From positions 64,666,001 through 64,730,000 of the forward strand of contig OZ287755.1 in NCBI GenBank assembly GCA_965649765.1: 64,000 nt of DNA. The letters are read 5' to 3'. Made by a program: the position numbers and the translations under genes. The stretch is from Bispira polyomma. Taxonomy: Eukaryota. The notes under the pieces were generated by a model that had not been told where the DNA came from, searched no databases, and saw nothing but the letters and a program-made list of their open reading frames with translations. Positions 1 through 10,887 of this stretch are shown in pieces (within the stretch, counting starts at the first letter, position 1; the number at the start of each line of letters is the position of its first letter).

Positions 1-754
1 ATAGTCACTTCAGTACTGGTTAGTGTCCCACTGATAACTACTCCTCCCCCCCCCCCCCCAAAAAAAAAAAAACAACACCTTGACAGCACAACACAGTACA
101 CTTCTCTGATGGACCAAACAGAACATTGGGGCAGAGGGGGAGGGAGGTTGGTGGTCTGTTATTATACATCCCTTCAGCAGTTCTCAACAGATATCTCAAG
201 CTTAGACTCAAGCTTGAAATACTGAAGTCCCCATATCTCTGAAAAGTCAAATCTGACTTCCTGTTTGCATTCAGCACCGAAAGCTCTATTAAAATGAATG
301 GTCACAAGTTATAGGTTTAGTCCAAAAAACAAGGACTTTCACAAACAGGAGATTTGACCCTACCTAAAACTTCCAGCTTGCACAGCCCACTCTAAAAGAT
401 TCACGAAGGAAGATGAAAGGAAAGGAAAGTTGAAGATAGGTTTCCCAGAACTACAAGGCAATTTTTAAAACGTCTTTAACCACCTCTCTATACTATCATA
501 GTGTGAACCCCACATAAATAATTTTAGCACCACAATTTAAGATAACGTTATCAATAGGCATAAATTTTTTGAATGATATCAAGACCATTATTAACGAAAT
601 ATATTCAATACATTGAGTCTGAACCAAGGCTAGATTTGTGTAATCATGTTATAAATGAATCATATGCCATCATATAACCCAGGAACCAGCTGTACATATT
701 TATGAAAATATAAATGTGTATGTCTTCAATATATGAGTACCAGATTTTAAAATC

Positions 755-2133
755 ACATGGATAGGACAGGTTTACACTAATACGCCATGTGTCGTTTGGT
801 TTTGGCCTTGAGAGTAAAGGCGAAAAATGCATAATTGTAATTAGACTTTTATTTCGCTTAATCTCCCCTTAACAAAGGGGACTCTAAGGCGCACCAGCAC
901 AAAAGACAGTTATCCAATTTCCAAAATCAAGGGACAGAAAAAGGGTCAGCAACATAGAGCGCGCCGGGGGATGATTGAGACTAAGGTGGATATGCTTTAG
1001 TGTACAAGTGGGTTTTAAGCTTCTTTCTAAAACAGGCTAGTGAGGGGGAAGCACGAATCACATCAGGAAGACCATTTCAAACAATGGGAGCATCAAAAGC
1101 AAAGCTGTGACCAAACTGTTTAACCGACTTTTGAGTAGATGGGTGGAACTTCGGAACAACAAGGAAATTACTACCACTCTGACTATGTCTGGTATTGTAG
1201 GAACTACTGTAAGTGGAAAGATATGGGGCAAAATACTTTGGAAACCCAGTGTGGAGAAACTTATAAACAAGTGTAGCTGTCTTAAACACTGAACGCTGTT
1301 CAACAGGGAGCCAATGCAATTTCTTAAGAACAGGAGTTATACTTGTGTATCGACTGGTGTTTGACACAATTCTAGCTGCACTGTTTTGAATGCATTGTAA
1401 TTTGCGTAAATTAAACTTTGAGAGACTCCTGAAAAGTGAATTGCAGTAATCCAGTCTACTACTGACAAAAGCATTGGCCACAAGTATAGAAGCAAAGTTA
1501 ATGCATACAAGCAAAAGGCTGAGAATCATAAAGGCCCGCCACAGCTTTGTGACTAGTTTCAGTATCAAAGTACACTTGGACATCATTGGGAAATCTAAGA
1601 GCAGAATTATGGTTTTCAGCACAAGTATTAAATTGAAATTTAGTTCTATCAACACATAAAAGAAACCCAAATATTAAATACTCGTACAAAATAGGATCTG
1701 GGTAATCTTTTAGCAAATCCAGCCAAAGTGGCAAATTTAATTCAGTAGGAACTTTGATACGTGCATTTTTGTAATTAGAAACTCCTGTTTTAGCCACAAT
1801 ACCGTGCACTTTTACAACCCAGTCATCAAAGCTAGGGGCTACAACTTGTGAATAGGAGCCAGCAAGCTGATAATCAGTAATATGAGAACGTATAAACCCA
1901 AATGGTTGGGTGTACTTGTGTTCGTTGCCTAATGTGAATATAGGGCAAATATCTGAAGGGGCAGAGACTACTGTCTGAGAACGGGAAGCACGTGTTTGGC
2001 TACATTGATTTTGCTCAAGTTCAGCTTTTAACGTGGACTTCAATTCAACAGTGTGGGAGGCCTTAAGTGGAACATCAATAATGTGTTCAATATTACCAAT
2101 ATCACTGTGGGCCCCCTTAGGGGGGAGCAGCAA
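755..2133 (-). pseudogene. pol (reverse transcriptase) N-terminal part of YR retrotransposon, split by the L2 insertion at 834-1499 and truncated after LSYP
   Basis: ORF 1498-2133 ends ...SQPFACMH and ORF 644-832 begins MHFSPLLSRPKPNDTWRISVNLSYP. Removing the insert and one TSD copy restores one continuous frame. Confidence 0.8.
834..1499 (-). mobile_element. 5'-truncated L2/CR1-group LINE (ORF2 C-terminus + 3' UTR) with 8-bp TSD AATGCATA
   Basis: Translation ANAFVSSRLDYCNSL..LQCIQNSAARIV..ITPVLKKLHWLPV..FKTATLVYK..FRKKLKTHLYTKAYPP*, followed by a 3' stem-loop tail. AATGCATA occurs at 826-833 and 1500-1507. Confidence 0.92.
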
Positions 2134-2338
2134 ACTGTTCAGATTTAGGGTGTACTTCCAAGGGGTCCTCTACCAGTGCAAACTTTTGTTGTACACCATT
2201 AGTTTTAAATTTTGAATTAACAAACACCTGTGTTTTAACCAAAAAAGTCTTTTTTGCTAGCTTTTATGATAGGTTTTTTAGCACCCGAAAAAAAGGTAGA
2301 GCCATTGGAAGTAAACACTCATGTACGACTGAAACAAT

Positions 2339-3622
2339 TTACTGCCTTTGCATTTCGATTTTTGCCCTAGAATCCCTATGTTTTCTATTGCACGTGTTTG
2401 CACTATGCCCAAAAAACCTTTTGACAATACTATGACAATGTGCACACCCGTGCTTGAGGATCTCGTTTTTCTCAACATGATCAGCTTTAAACTGGCAATT
2501 ACCACTGTTATATTTTGGACAAGGAACGGCTGTAAGAGACTGAGCTGTTTTAACTTTATTGGAATTTTGACTAGGCTGCACACATCGTTGTGTGTATCTA
2601 CTTCTAATATTAGAAACATCTTGAAAATCAAGCCATGTGATTTTTCCCTTTTCCATTTCTTGGAGCAGAACTTTATGGGCCGATTTTGCAGTAAACCAGC
2701 TCGTCTCTTGAGCGTCCTGAAACAACTGGTGGCCATATCTCAACATGTTTTGTTTAATGACTACATTTTGTTCTTCCAAAATACATCCAAAAAAGCCTTG
2801 ACTAAACTGAATGGGGGTAAGCTCATCATAAGCTGGAGTATCTCTATCGGGCCCTAAACAATACTCATGTGGCCATGCAATATTAACTTGGGCAAAATTA
2901 TCATCAACTCTATAAAGACCTGATTTAATTTTTTTACCTTGGACACTGTCCAAATGTTCCTGCTTGTCAGCATAATCTAGTTGAGTAAAATGTCTATGTA
3001 CTTGACGCTGGATGGGAAGGTTTTCTTTCAGAAAGTTCATGGATGGCACCAGTCCTCGTTCAAGGTCGTCCATCTCTGCGTGATAGTCTCGGGCAGCACC
3101 GGTCCTCTGTCCACGCAGTGTCTCAGCTGCAGCACCAAGGGTGTAGCCAGGTCGCGGGTCAGCCACAGGATCAGGGTTGTAACCAGTTCTCTGGACTTCT
3201 GGGGAGGCGGACGGCTGGACAGCAACATTTTTTGTACCCATATACAAAGCCATGTCTCTCTGTCTATCATGCTGCACCTGTTGGATTTGACCTTCCAACC
3301 TCTCAAGGTGAGCCATGATCCTGTCCAGTTTATCAGCCGACGGCTGATTTATCGACCCCTGGTCACATGCTACAATACTCTCTAGGTTCTCACCACTGGT
3401 TTCCTCTCTATGTGTTTGGCCTGGGGGGATTTGTGTATCTGACAGGGCCTCATACTGGTCTGCCATTACACTACCGTTACTATAAGATACAAAGGGACAC
3501 AGATCACCTACTGGCTTTACGTGTTTATGACCACACTTTACACAAAACCCAGAATTCTTAGCTTCCCTTCCAGGTGGAGTCATTCCCCACTTCTGAGAAT
3601 CTATTCTCACCCTAATGGACAT
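2339..3622 (-). CDS. gag-like ORF1 of YR retrotransposon (427 aa, uninterrupted)
   Basis: N-terminal C-x2-C-x3-H-x2-P-x-G-x2-C finger (CVKCGHKHVKPVGDLC), a coiled-coil segment, a conserved-looking core (KIKSG..WPHE..YDELT..QF..GF), and a C-terminal CCCH plus C-x2-C..H..C cluster (CPKYNSGNC..H..HGCAHC..H..C). The true start may be the second Met (MTPPG). Confidence 0.75.
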   Translation of the reverse strand: MSIRVRIDSQKWGMTPPGREAKNSGFCVKCGHKHVKPVGDLCPFVSYSNGSVMADQYEALSDTQIPPGQTHREETSGENLESIVACDQGSINQPSADKLDRIMAHLERLEGQIQQVQHDRQRDMALYMGTKNVAVQPSASPEVQRTGYNPDPVADPRPGYTLGAAAETLRGQRTGAARDYHAEMDDLERGLVPSMNFLKENLPIQRQVHRHFTQLDYADKQEHLDSVQGKKIKSGLYRVDDNFAQVNIAWPHEYCLGPDRDTPAYDELTPIQFSQGFFGCILEEQNVVIKQNMLRYGHQLFQDAQETSWFTAKSAHKVLLQEMEKGKITWLDFQDVSNIRSRYTQRCVQPSQNSNKVKTAQSLTAVPCPKYNSGNCQFKADHVEKNEILKHGCAHCHSIVKRFFGHSANTCNRKHRDSRAKIEMQRQ

Positions 3623-4080
3623 ATTCCGCTACCAGTGTACCCTCCAGAACTCTCACCCGTACCAATACACACACACCAGTGCTACTTCTGACCCACGTCA
3701 GTAAGTACCCAGCTCTATGAGACACACACCATGCACACGGACTCTCAGTATATTGTTTGGGCAATTATACTGTTTTCGTTCACTTTTATGGCACAGTAAC
3801 CAACCTAAGTTGGACCAATCTCTCACAGCGGTAACAAAGATACAGGTAACCACACGTTGTACTCTCCCAGCAGAGTACACCACCCTTGGCGGTACAAGGT
3901 AACAACTAAAATATGTAAAAACCACTGTTCATAGCCAGATCACAGTAGTGTTTTTACCTACTCAACACACAGTTTGCCACGTGTTTGTCCCCATGTTGAG
4001 TGATACAGCACAACCTTGTCCGACCAGTGCTATGAATTTGGCAGGTGATTATTGTATAAGCCCCAAACGTAACCAACTTT

Positions 4081-4140
4081 AATGGCGGCATTACAATAAT
4101 CAAATGCAACGAGTTACAGAGAAGGAGGGTTTATATAGAG
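4081..4140 (-). promoter_or_regulatory. Probable Pol II core promoter of YR element copy 1
   Basis: Minus strand shows TATATAAA (4130-4137) and a downstream YY1-type GCCGCCATT (4081-4089), about 500 bp upstream of ORF1. Confidence 0.45.
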
Positions 4141-4329
4141 GTTGGCAGACTGCACTGGGGTAGATTTCTAGACATTAATCAAACAGGCCAGTGAGAAATT
4201 TAAACCTAGCACACTTGGACAGAGACTAGACTGGAAAGGATTAATATGAATGTCACTGCAGACCTTAAGTCCGCATGGCATTTCAGGCGCTTAAAAGTAG
4301 AAGTTTACTGTAAGATTATTTGTATACCA

Positions 4330-4465
4330 ACCTAAAGCCAATCAGATGGCAGATTAAGACCAATTAAATACTTGGATTCCTGGGCGTTTTCCCGCCTTTC
4401 CCATTATGTTAGCATTTTAAAATTTGAAAGCCACGAGACAACAAGTAAAAAAATTTGAAGAAAAG
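4330..4465 (+). promoter_or_regulatory. CCAAT/E2F/CHR-like motif cluster upstream of YR element copy 2
   Basis: CCAAT at 4338 and 4360, TTTTCCCGCC at 4387-4396, TTTGAA at 4423 and 4454. Confidence 0.4.
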
Positions 4466-4605
4466 GAAGCCATATTGGATTTTATGAAATATTTTACAAA
4501 CACAAGTGATTTTAGTGTGTTTTACATAAGGTTTTTAATTTTTCTGTTATAGAATAAGATATTATGATTTATATTTTACATTATGCGTACTATTAACTGT
4601 GAGTT

Positions 4606-5250
4606 ATGGGTCGTGGAACGAAAAGAAACACGACAGATACGGCTTTGTGCTCAAGGTGTGCTATTGTACACGAACGCCCCGTCGGAATCAGATGTAAGCT
4701 GAATACTGAAGAAAACGTCTTACACAGTACTGTGAGTATGGTTGATGAAGATACTTCCCCCGTAGTAGACTCTCGAGAGAGGGCAGACACACAAAGCGAC
4801 AGAGATTTCTATCAAGAAGGCTATGAAAGCCAGCAATCCATGATGGAAATGCTAGTAAAAACAGTTTCAAAATTGCAAGAGGACGTCTCTAGCCTTAAAA
4901 ACAACACATCTAATGTACACAAACAACCAGTCGCAGTCGAACCGAACCCCAGGAGTGAACTTCGGACAGCTCCAGACGTCTGTCACCAACACCCCATACC
5001 AGCACCGAGACCTGGAGCGAACGCCACAACTACAGTACCTCGCCGTAATAACCCATTATTACCTACACCTAACACGTCAGAAGGATTAGGTCAGGGACGC
5101 GTTCGCGACACGTACGTTGCTCCTACACAGTCAATTCAAGGTAGTGAGAAATTTACACCTAATTAAAAGGAAAAGGAGAGGCCCATATTGCACAGCCGAC
5201 TGAACCTGAGCGAACTTCGCCCAGACCACAATCTCACTACATCTGTATGC
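4606..5250 (+). pseudogene. Truncated gag-like ORF1 of a second, distinct YR retrotransposon
   Basis: Same N-terminal finger as copy 1 (CSRCAIVHERPVGIRC), then a coiled-coil (MMEMLVKTVSKLQEDVSSLK) and a Pro-rich linker. After the in-frame TAA at 5164-5166 the frame continues LNLSELRPDHNLTTSV, which resembles PSMNFLKENLPIQRQV of copy 1, and then similarity is lost. Confidence 0.6.
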
Positions 5251-5906
5251 TCAGTAGGGTTGCAGTAACCCTCTATATATAAAGTATATATAAAACCTAT
5301 CTTCTCTCTGACAGTCCCATCTGGATGCAGTAACAGATTGTACTAACTACAAGGCCAATAAATCAACAACTATTACCCATTACAAATTTGAAGAAAAAAG
5401 AAGACTTCCCGAAAATGATGGGCCAAAAAACACCAAGTCCCCCCTCTGAGTATGTAATATGATTTTTCTCTTCAACAAATAGCTTCCATATGAACTTGTA
5501 CAGGGAGACACCTTCATTTGTCCCATGTCACTCTTCTCAACAGGAGACTCCAAGGATCTCACCTAGCCTTTCTCTGGCTATGTAATTGTATGGTATTCAT
5601 GTGTTGTTTTGCTTGTTCAGTACAATATATACACCATACAAATACATATAGTACAAACATACAGGCTGAGATGGCAAGACATTAGATAAAGAATTAACAT
5701 TAACAATAATATTTTGTTTTTACCCTGACAATACCTCACATTAAAAGTGTCCTTTATTATTATCCTATTCAAGTAGTCTAAAATGTTACTGTATAATTTA
5801 TACTTTTAAGTTAAATTGGTCTACCTTTATCTGATATTCAAAGTACCTATAAACCTTTTCTTGACTGCCTACAACCAACCAACAACAGTTTACCTATCAT
5901 TCCTGT

Positions 5907-6223
5907 GGTCCCTGTGGCCTAGTGGTTAGAGTGTCAGACTTTGGATCTTGAGATCCACAGGCCTGGAGATTGTACCCTTGGACAAGGTGCTTTACACAAA
6001 GTTGTCCCTCTCTACCCAGGTGTATCAATGGATACCTGGCCGCTAATGGGTGGTAGACTTTGTCTACCGTATGTGGCAACATGGCTAGTATACTTGCTAG
6101 GGGACCTGAGACTGAACAATTGGTTGACAAGCGAAAGAACCCAGGCTGGGGGTGTAAACTGTAAAGTCGATTGAGATCTAAATATAGGTCATTTCAGACT
6201 ATAAACCTGCACACATTTACATT
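5907..6223 (+). mobile_element. tRNA-derived SINE, family A (CORE-like centre, tail type 1)
   Basis: A-box TGGCCTAGTGG, central CCCTTGGACAAGGTGCTTTAC..CCCAGGTGT..AATGG, tail ending ACATTTACATT. Homologous to copies at 22.7, 43.3, 45.9 and 51.5 kb. Confidence 0.85.
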
Positions 6224-8614
6224 CCACTAATTGTCTATATTGTTACTGGCCTTTCCACTTTTACATTCACTTACATTAAGTTACCTTTCTTTATTTAATA
6301 CACACCCTCCCATACTGACATGGTGCTGAGATGCCTGTGCACCTACAAAGTGTGATTGTAATATTAATAATAACATTAAAAAATATTTGTCCTTATAATT
6401 GAAAAAACAGAAGCAACAATACAGACCAATTGTTTAAAAGACCATTATGATACTATATATATCCTCGATAGGGAACTGGGGTCTACATTTTTTTTAATTT
6501 GATTCAACAGGTACTGGATGTCATATCAATGACATGAAAATGTTCCTGTGTACTGATTATTTTAGGGGTTTTTTTTTTCTAGTGTGTTGCGTACCCAATG
6601 TGTGACTGTGTAATTTGATATTTGATACACTCGAATGCCCCGCTCCCTGCATTCTAAAATCTTTCCCAACACATACCAACAAACAGCAAAATAGTGATGG
6701 ATAACTATCTATCAGTCACCCGTTTGGTTATACCGAGATATTAATAAGTCATGTATCGTCTGCAGACTGGTGCAATATTGGGGTGCACGGGGGGAGCCCT
6801 AGAGTGATTCCCTGTCGGGGGCACTTGTAGCCCTCACCGTGGGGCCAATTTATTGGCACAGTGGGTTCCTCCGACGATCAAAGTGACCCCCTGTCGAAAA
6901 AGACGAGGTAATCTGTTCCAGGTATCGATTTCGTTTTGTTGTGTACTGCGTTTATTTTTGTAGCCGATTTGTGTGGGATTGGAACACGAGTCAATTTCGT
7001 TGAGTTCGAGTTTCAAAGGTGAATTTATCTTTTTGATTGGGTTTACAATTCAAAAAACCAAAATCTAACATTAAGGTATTCCATTCAATCATAGTAGTGA
7101 TATATGCAATTCTAAGCAGAATCAAATATCAAATCAGGTTGATAGATTATAGAGATAAGTAGACAGTTTAGCTGGCAGAAAATTTCACAAACTTAGCAAA
7201 TTTCGAGAAATTCATTGGAATTAATTTATCAGTATTCCTTATATTTCAATGCAAAGAAAATACAAATTTCAACTTTACCAGGTATTAAATATCCTGTGAA
7301 ATTTTATACATATACATTATAACTATTTCATAGAAATAGTTTGGCTGATATTTGAAAAGAATTTTTTTTTTTTTTGTATATTCTTGCAATATTCTTCGAA
7401 CATTTAGATGTTAAATTTTAAAGACAACTTTGACTTGTTCTATAATCATTACCTACTAAATACTCTATGTTAAAAAGATAACCAGACCAACTCCATAGCA
7501 ACTAGGCCACTCGGTAGACCACCACTACCTTCAATAAAGAAAGATCAAACTCTGCAATAATTGACTCGCAGAAAGGTGCACCACCAGATTATGACTGGCA
7601 CTGTGCTCAAAATGAGGAAAATTAGTCCTCGAGTGGAGAGAGCCCATCCCCTTACTCTGTACTCTTATTATCAATAACAAGCAGGTGCAGGATGGATTTT
7701 AATAACTTCCAGAGAGAATTCCCCATGCTACCTGGGCAAATTCTTCTCTGAACGACTTCAAAGTCTCATATATAAAAGGGGGTGGGACGTATAGATGTGG
7801 TGTAGTGATCAATATATTACCCGAATTAATTGAATAATTAAGTAATTAATTATAGATATATTAAAATCAGGGGATCTATATAAGAAGTGGGAGTAGAATA
7901 TGAAAAATGAGGAAATTAACTATAAGGATATACAAGTATTAGTTTGGGTGAAGAGTTGGTATGTTAAAAAATGTCTGTCTTTAGCAGTTAAACCTATATA
8001 GTAATATGGGTTGAGAACTTATTTTGCTTTCATATTTATGTTTCCAGTGTTACCATGTACTAAACAATATTTTAAACCTCAAATGCAGCTGATATAATAT
8101 ATTTATAACATTTTTTCTAACACATTGTGCATGTATTTTTTCAGAAGTAGCACTGTGCCTTCTGCTAAAACCGTACACATAGCTCCATCAAATTCTTATC
8201 CTTAGTTTATTGAGATTGAACCTTTTCCAGATAGTTTTAGGGGGCGGTGACAAGCTGTTATTTACAAGATTTAGTCAGCATGGGGAAAAACTAAGCCTAT
8301 CGTTCCCATGTACCCGATTTGCTACAAGTGACGGCCGATGAGTGACAGCAAATGTTTCATATCTGTATAAATTATCTTGTACTTGTTCAAACGCATATAC
8401 ACAAATGTGATTTGCGACATCAGATGTATGAGTACAAATTTATCATTCAAAGTGCGAAAAGTATCGTATTCAGACAGCAAAATCGCATTTGCTAGGTTTT
8501 AGTGAAATAAGCCTTTGTAACGTCATATTTTGCATCCCCTGCCATATTTGACACCCTCACTTTGATCTTTTAGGGGGTGCATTATATAGCTGCCATATTT
8601 TACACCCGTAACTA

Positions 8615-8875
8615 TGGGCATCTACACCGGCATCCCACATAAGCAACAAAAAATGCGCGACAGTGTTGCGATAAGTTGTTGGCAATTGTTGTATACTGTC
8701 ACCTGGAAAAAACCAAAAGGAGCCTTCTAACGCCATCGTTATGGCAGTATGATGATGTTACGACAATCAAGCGGAGACGATTACTGGACTGGAGAGAACC
8801 TTTTGTGATTATGATTACACAACATTCAATGTCGTAACTTGTCACCAAGCCAATTGGCCAAAGTGAAAAGGCCTC
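8615..8875 (+). repeat. Interspersed repeat (probable non-autonomous DNA transposon) homologous to 32203-32735
   Basis: Shares the blocks GCATCCCACATA.GC.ACAAAAA.TGC..GACAGTGTTGC.ATAA.TTGTTGG, GCCTTC.AA.GCCATCGTT and GATTACTGGA. Confidence 0.6.
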
Positions 8876-9757
8876 AATAATTTTCTAAATATAGCATACA
8901 AAAATAACAGGCCCAAAACTCTTATATTGTGTTGCGATGCCCCTCAAAAAAAGGATCACAAAAAATACAAAAGGTTAAAACTTGCATTACATTGCGATTA
9001 TAGACGAGTGCATTGCAATTTTATTCTATGAGTTGTGTTGAAACATGTGTTGCAAAAAAAGGCCATCATGGTACAAAAGGCATATGCCAAAGCAAATGTT
9101 AGTTTTCTAAATTCAGAAGCGCACCAAAACTCCCTGGCCCAGACAGAATGCTAGGTAAGTTTCCAGCATCACACCATCCGATTTTTGTGATCGGTTGTCA
9201 CAAATTGTGTACATCAGAATGTAGGTTAACTCTTTTTTTACATATTTTCTATAAAAGAGAAGTATTAACAGTTTGAGATCGAGGAGTCTTTAATAATTTT
9301 TGAATTCCAATGGGAAATAAATTAAATGCAGGCATCTCTTGGGTAGCTGGTAACATTTTGCAATATCTCCAGAAGACATGAAAGGGTAAAGTGATCCTAA
9401 TTGGCCCATCTTCATTGCATTATCTGAATTCATTTATAAATTTATGAGTTGATAAGGATGTAACAAATTGACATTTACAACAACCAGAAAAAAATCAATG
9501 CACCCATAAGCATTCCTTACACATCTGTCATAATATGACATAAAAATAATATGGGGCATATTTTTATAACAAAAGCAATTTGCACAAATGCTTACAACAT
9601 AAGTTTTTAACTAACGCAAGTCTAGTTATTTGTTTTTTTAGTATATTTACATATATCTAACACATAATACAATTACAGAAATTTAACTGCAACAAAACTT
9701 TAATCACTAATAATTATTGATATCAAAATCATACACACATATAAATATTATGATAAG

Positions 9758-10050
9758 AGGCACCAGGTTGTCGAATTCTAATGCTTCCATCCATCATGTG
9801 TGAAGGGTGAAAGGGAGCTGCGCCCCTTTCCACCGGATGCTAGGGGGTGGTTAACACCCAATCTGGACGCTAGGGGGTGGGTTAACACCCAGTCTGGTTG
9901 CTTTTTCATTAACCAGCTGTTAACTCCCCTACCCCTACGACCTTGCTATGCCCATGGACTTTACTATCACTGATTCTGCTGTTGCACTTTAGAAAATGCC
10001 TAGTATCAATAAAGCGCGATAAAAATGCATAATAATAATAATAATTATTA
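9758..10050 (+). mobile_element. Short unclassified retroposed element ending in an L2 3' UTR/tail
   Basis: 9935-10050 matches the 3' UTR of the L2 at 20866-20992 (TACGAC.TTGC.AT..CCATGGACTT..ATTCTGCTGTTGCACTTTAGAA..TAAAGCGCG.TAAAAAT, (TAA)n). The body upstream is GC-rich and non-coding, with a ~30-bp tandem duplication at 9839-9899. Confidence 0.6.
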
Positions 10051-10162
10051 TTAGGTAATTTGTGAAAGGAGGGTCCATATGGCCTAGTTGTTAAAAGTGT
10101 TAGCTTCACAATCACTTGCCTTTCTCATCAATGTAGGTTTAAATCCCCTTTGTTCTTCATGT

Positions 10163-10787
10163 TCTTCATCCGACCCTACATAGTTAAAATTTGGCCTTCC
10201 CCAGGGTTCAGTCTTGGGTCCTATTTTGTTCTCAATGTACACCACTCCACTTAGCAAGATCATTGCTACATATGAAAACATAAACTTTCACTTCTATGCG
10301 GATGATACTCAATTGTACATCCACCTTACACCCGATTCTGCCCAAAACTTCTAGATGTTCTCATATTACTCCTGTACTTAAGTCATTCCACTGGCTCCCA
10401 ATCAAATATTGCGTTGCTTTCAAAACTGCAACAATTTTATACAAATTTCTAAATTCTGGATTAAATGTACATGCACAGCCAGGACTAGGCGCAGTAACCC
10501 TGGTAAATTATGTCTTAACATTCCCCCTTTAACTCTTGCATCCACAAATCCAAAGTACATTTTAATCATTGCCTTGCTCATGATGGCCCCTTTATATGGA
10601 ACAGCTTGCCTGAACATGGTCGCATGGCTCAAACGTTCTCCTCTTTCAGGAGAAAGCTGAAAGCCTACCTTTTTGAACAGGCCTTTCCACCTTAACCTGA
10701 TTATTTGAATAATGCTTAGGTTTGTCGCACCTTAGAATTTGTTGTACGAAGATTAAGCTCTATAAAAGTATGATTAGATTAGATTAG
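10163..10787 (+). mobile_element. 5'-truncated, internally deleted L2 LINE inserted in the SINE
   Basis: Encodes FGLPQGSVLGPILFSMYTTPL..HFYADDTQLY, jumps to SHITPVLKSFHWLPIK and RKLKAYLFEQAFPP*, and ends in a (GATTA)n tail. ATGT is repeated at both junctions (10159-10162, 10788-10791). Confidence 0.9.
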
Positions 10788-10887
10788 ATGTGAGAAAGTT
10801 TTGCAGGTACTTGCCACAGGCCGGTAGTTTACAGCGGCTTCAGCACTGGTTTCTATCACCCTTACGTCTGGCGATTTGCAATATTGC

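Larger units (their letters stand above)
380..4140 (-). mobile_element. Decayed tyrosine-recombinase (DIRS-order, Ngaro/PAT-like) retrotransposon, copy 1: promoter, gag-like ORF1, start of pol, interrupted by an L2 and internally deleted
   Basis: The gag-like ORF at 2339-3622 is followed by a pol N-terminus with motifs typical of this group (NYKNARIKVPTELNLPLW..FGF..NHNSA..V..E..AVAG..PF..H-FSPLLSRPK..R..NLSYP). The left boundary is approximate. 380-750 may be a degraded recombinase N-terminus (weak). Confidence 0.75.

Noticed and set aside
1077-1670. 197-aa ORF as a genuine gene
   Set aside because: It is a chance read-through from off-frame YR pol sequence into the inserted L2 ORF2.
5907-5990. 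tRNA genes at the A-box/B-box sites (also 33.3, 42.1, 43.5 kb)
   Set aside because: No cloverleaf or acceptor stem; each continues into a SINE body and tail.
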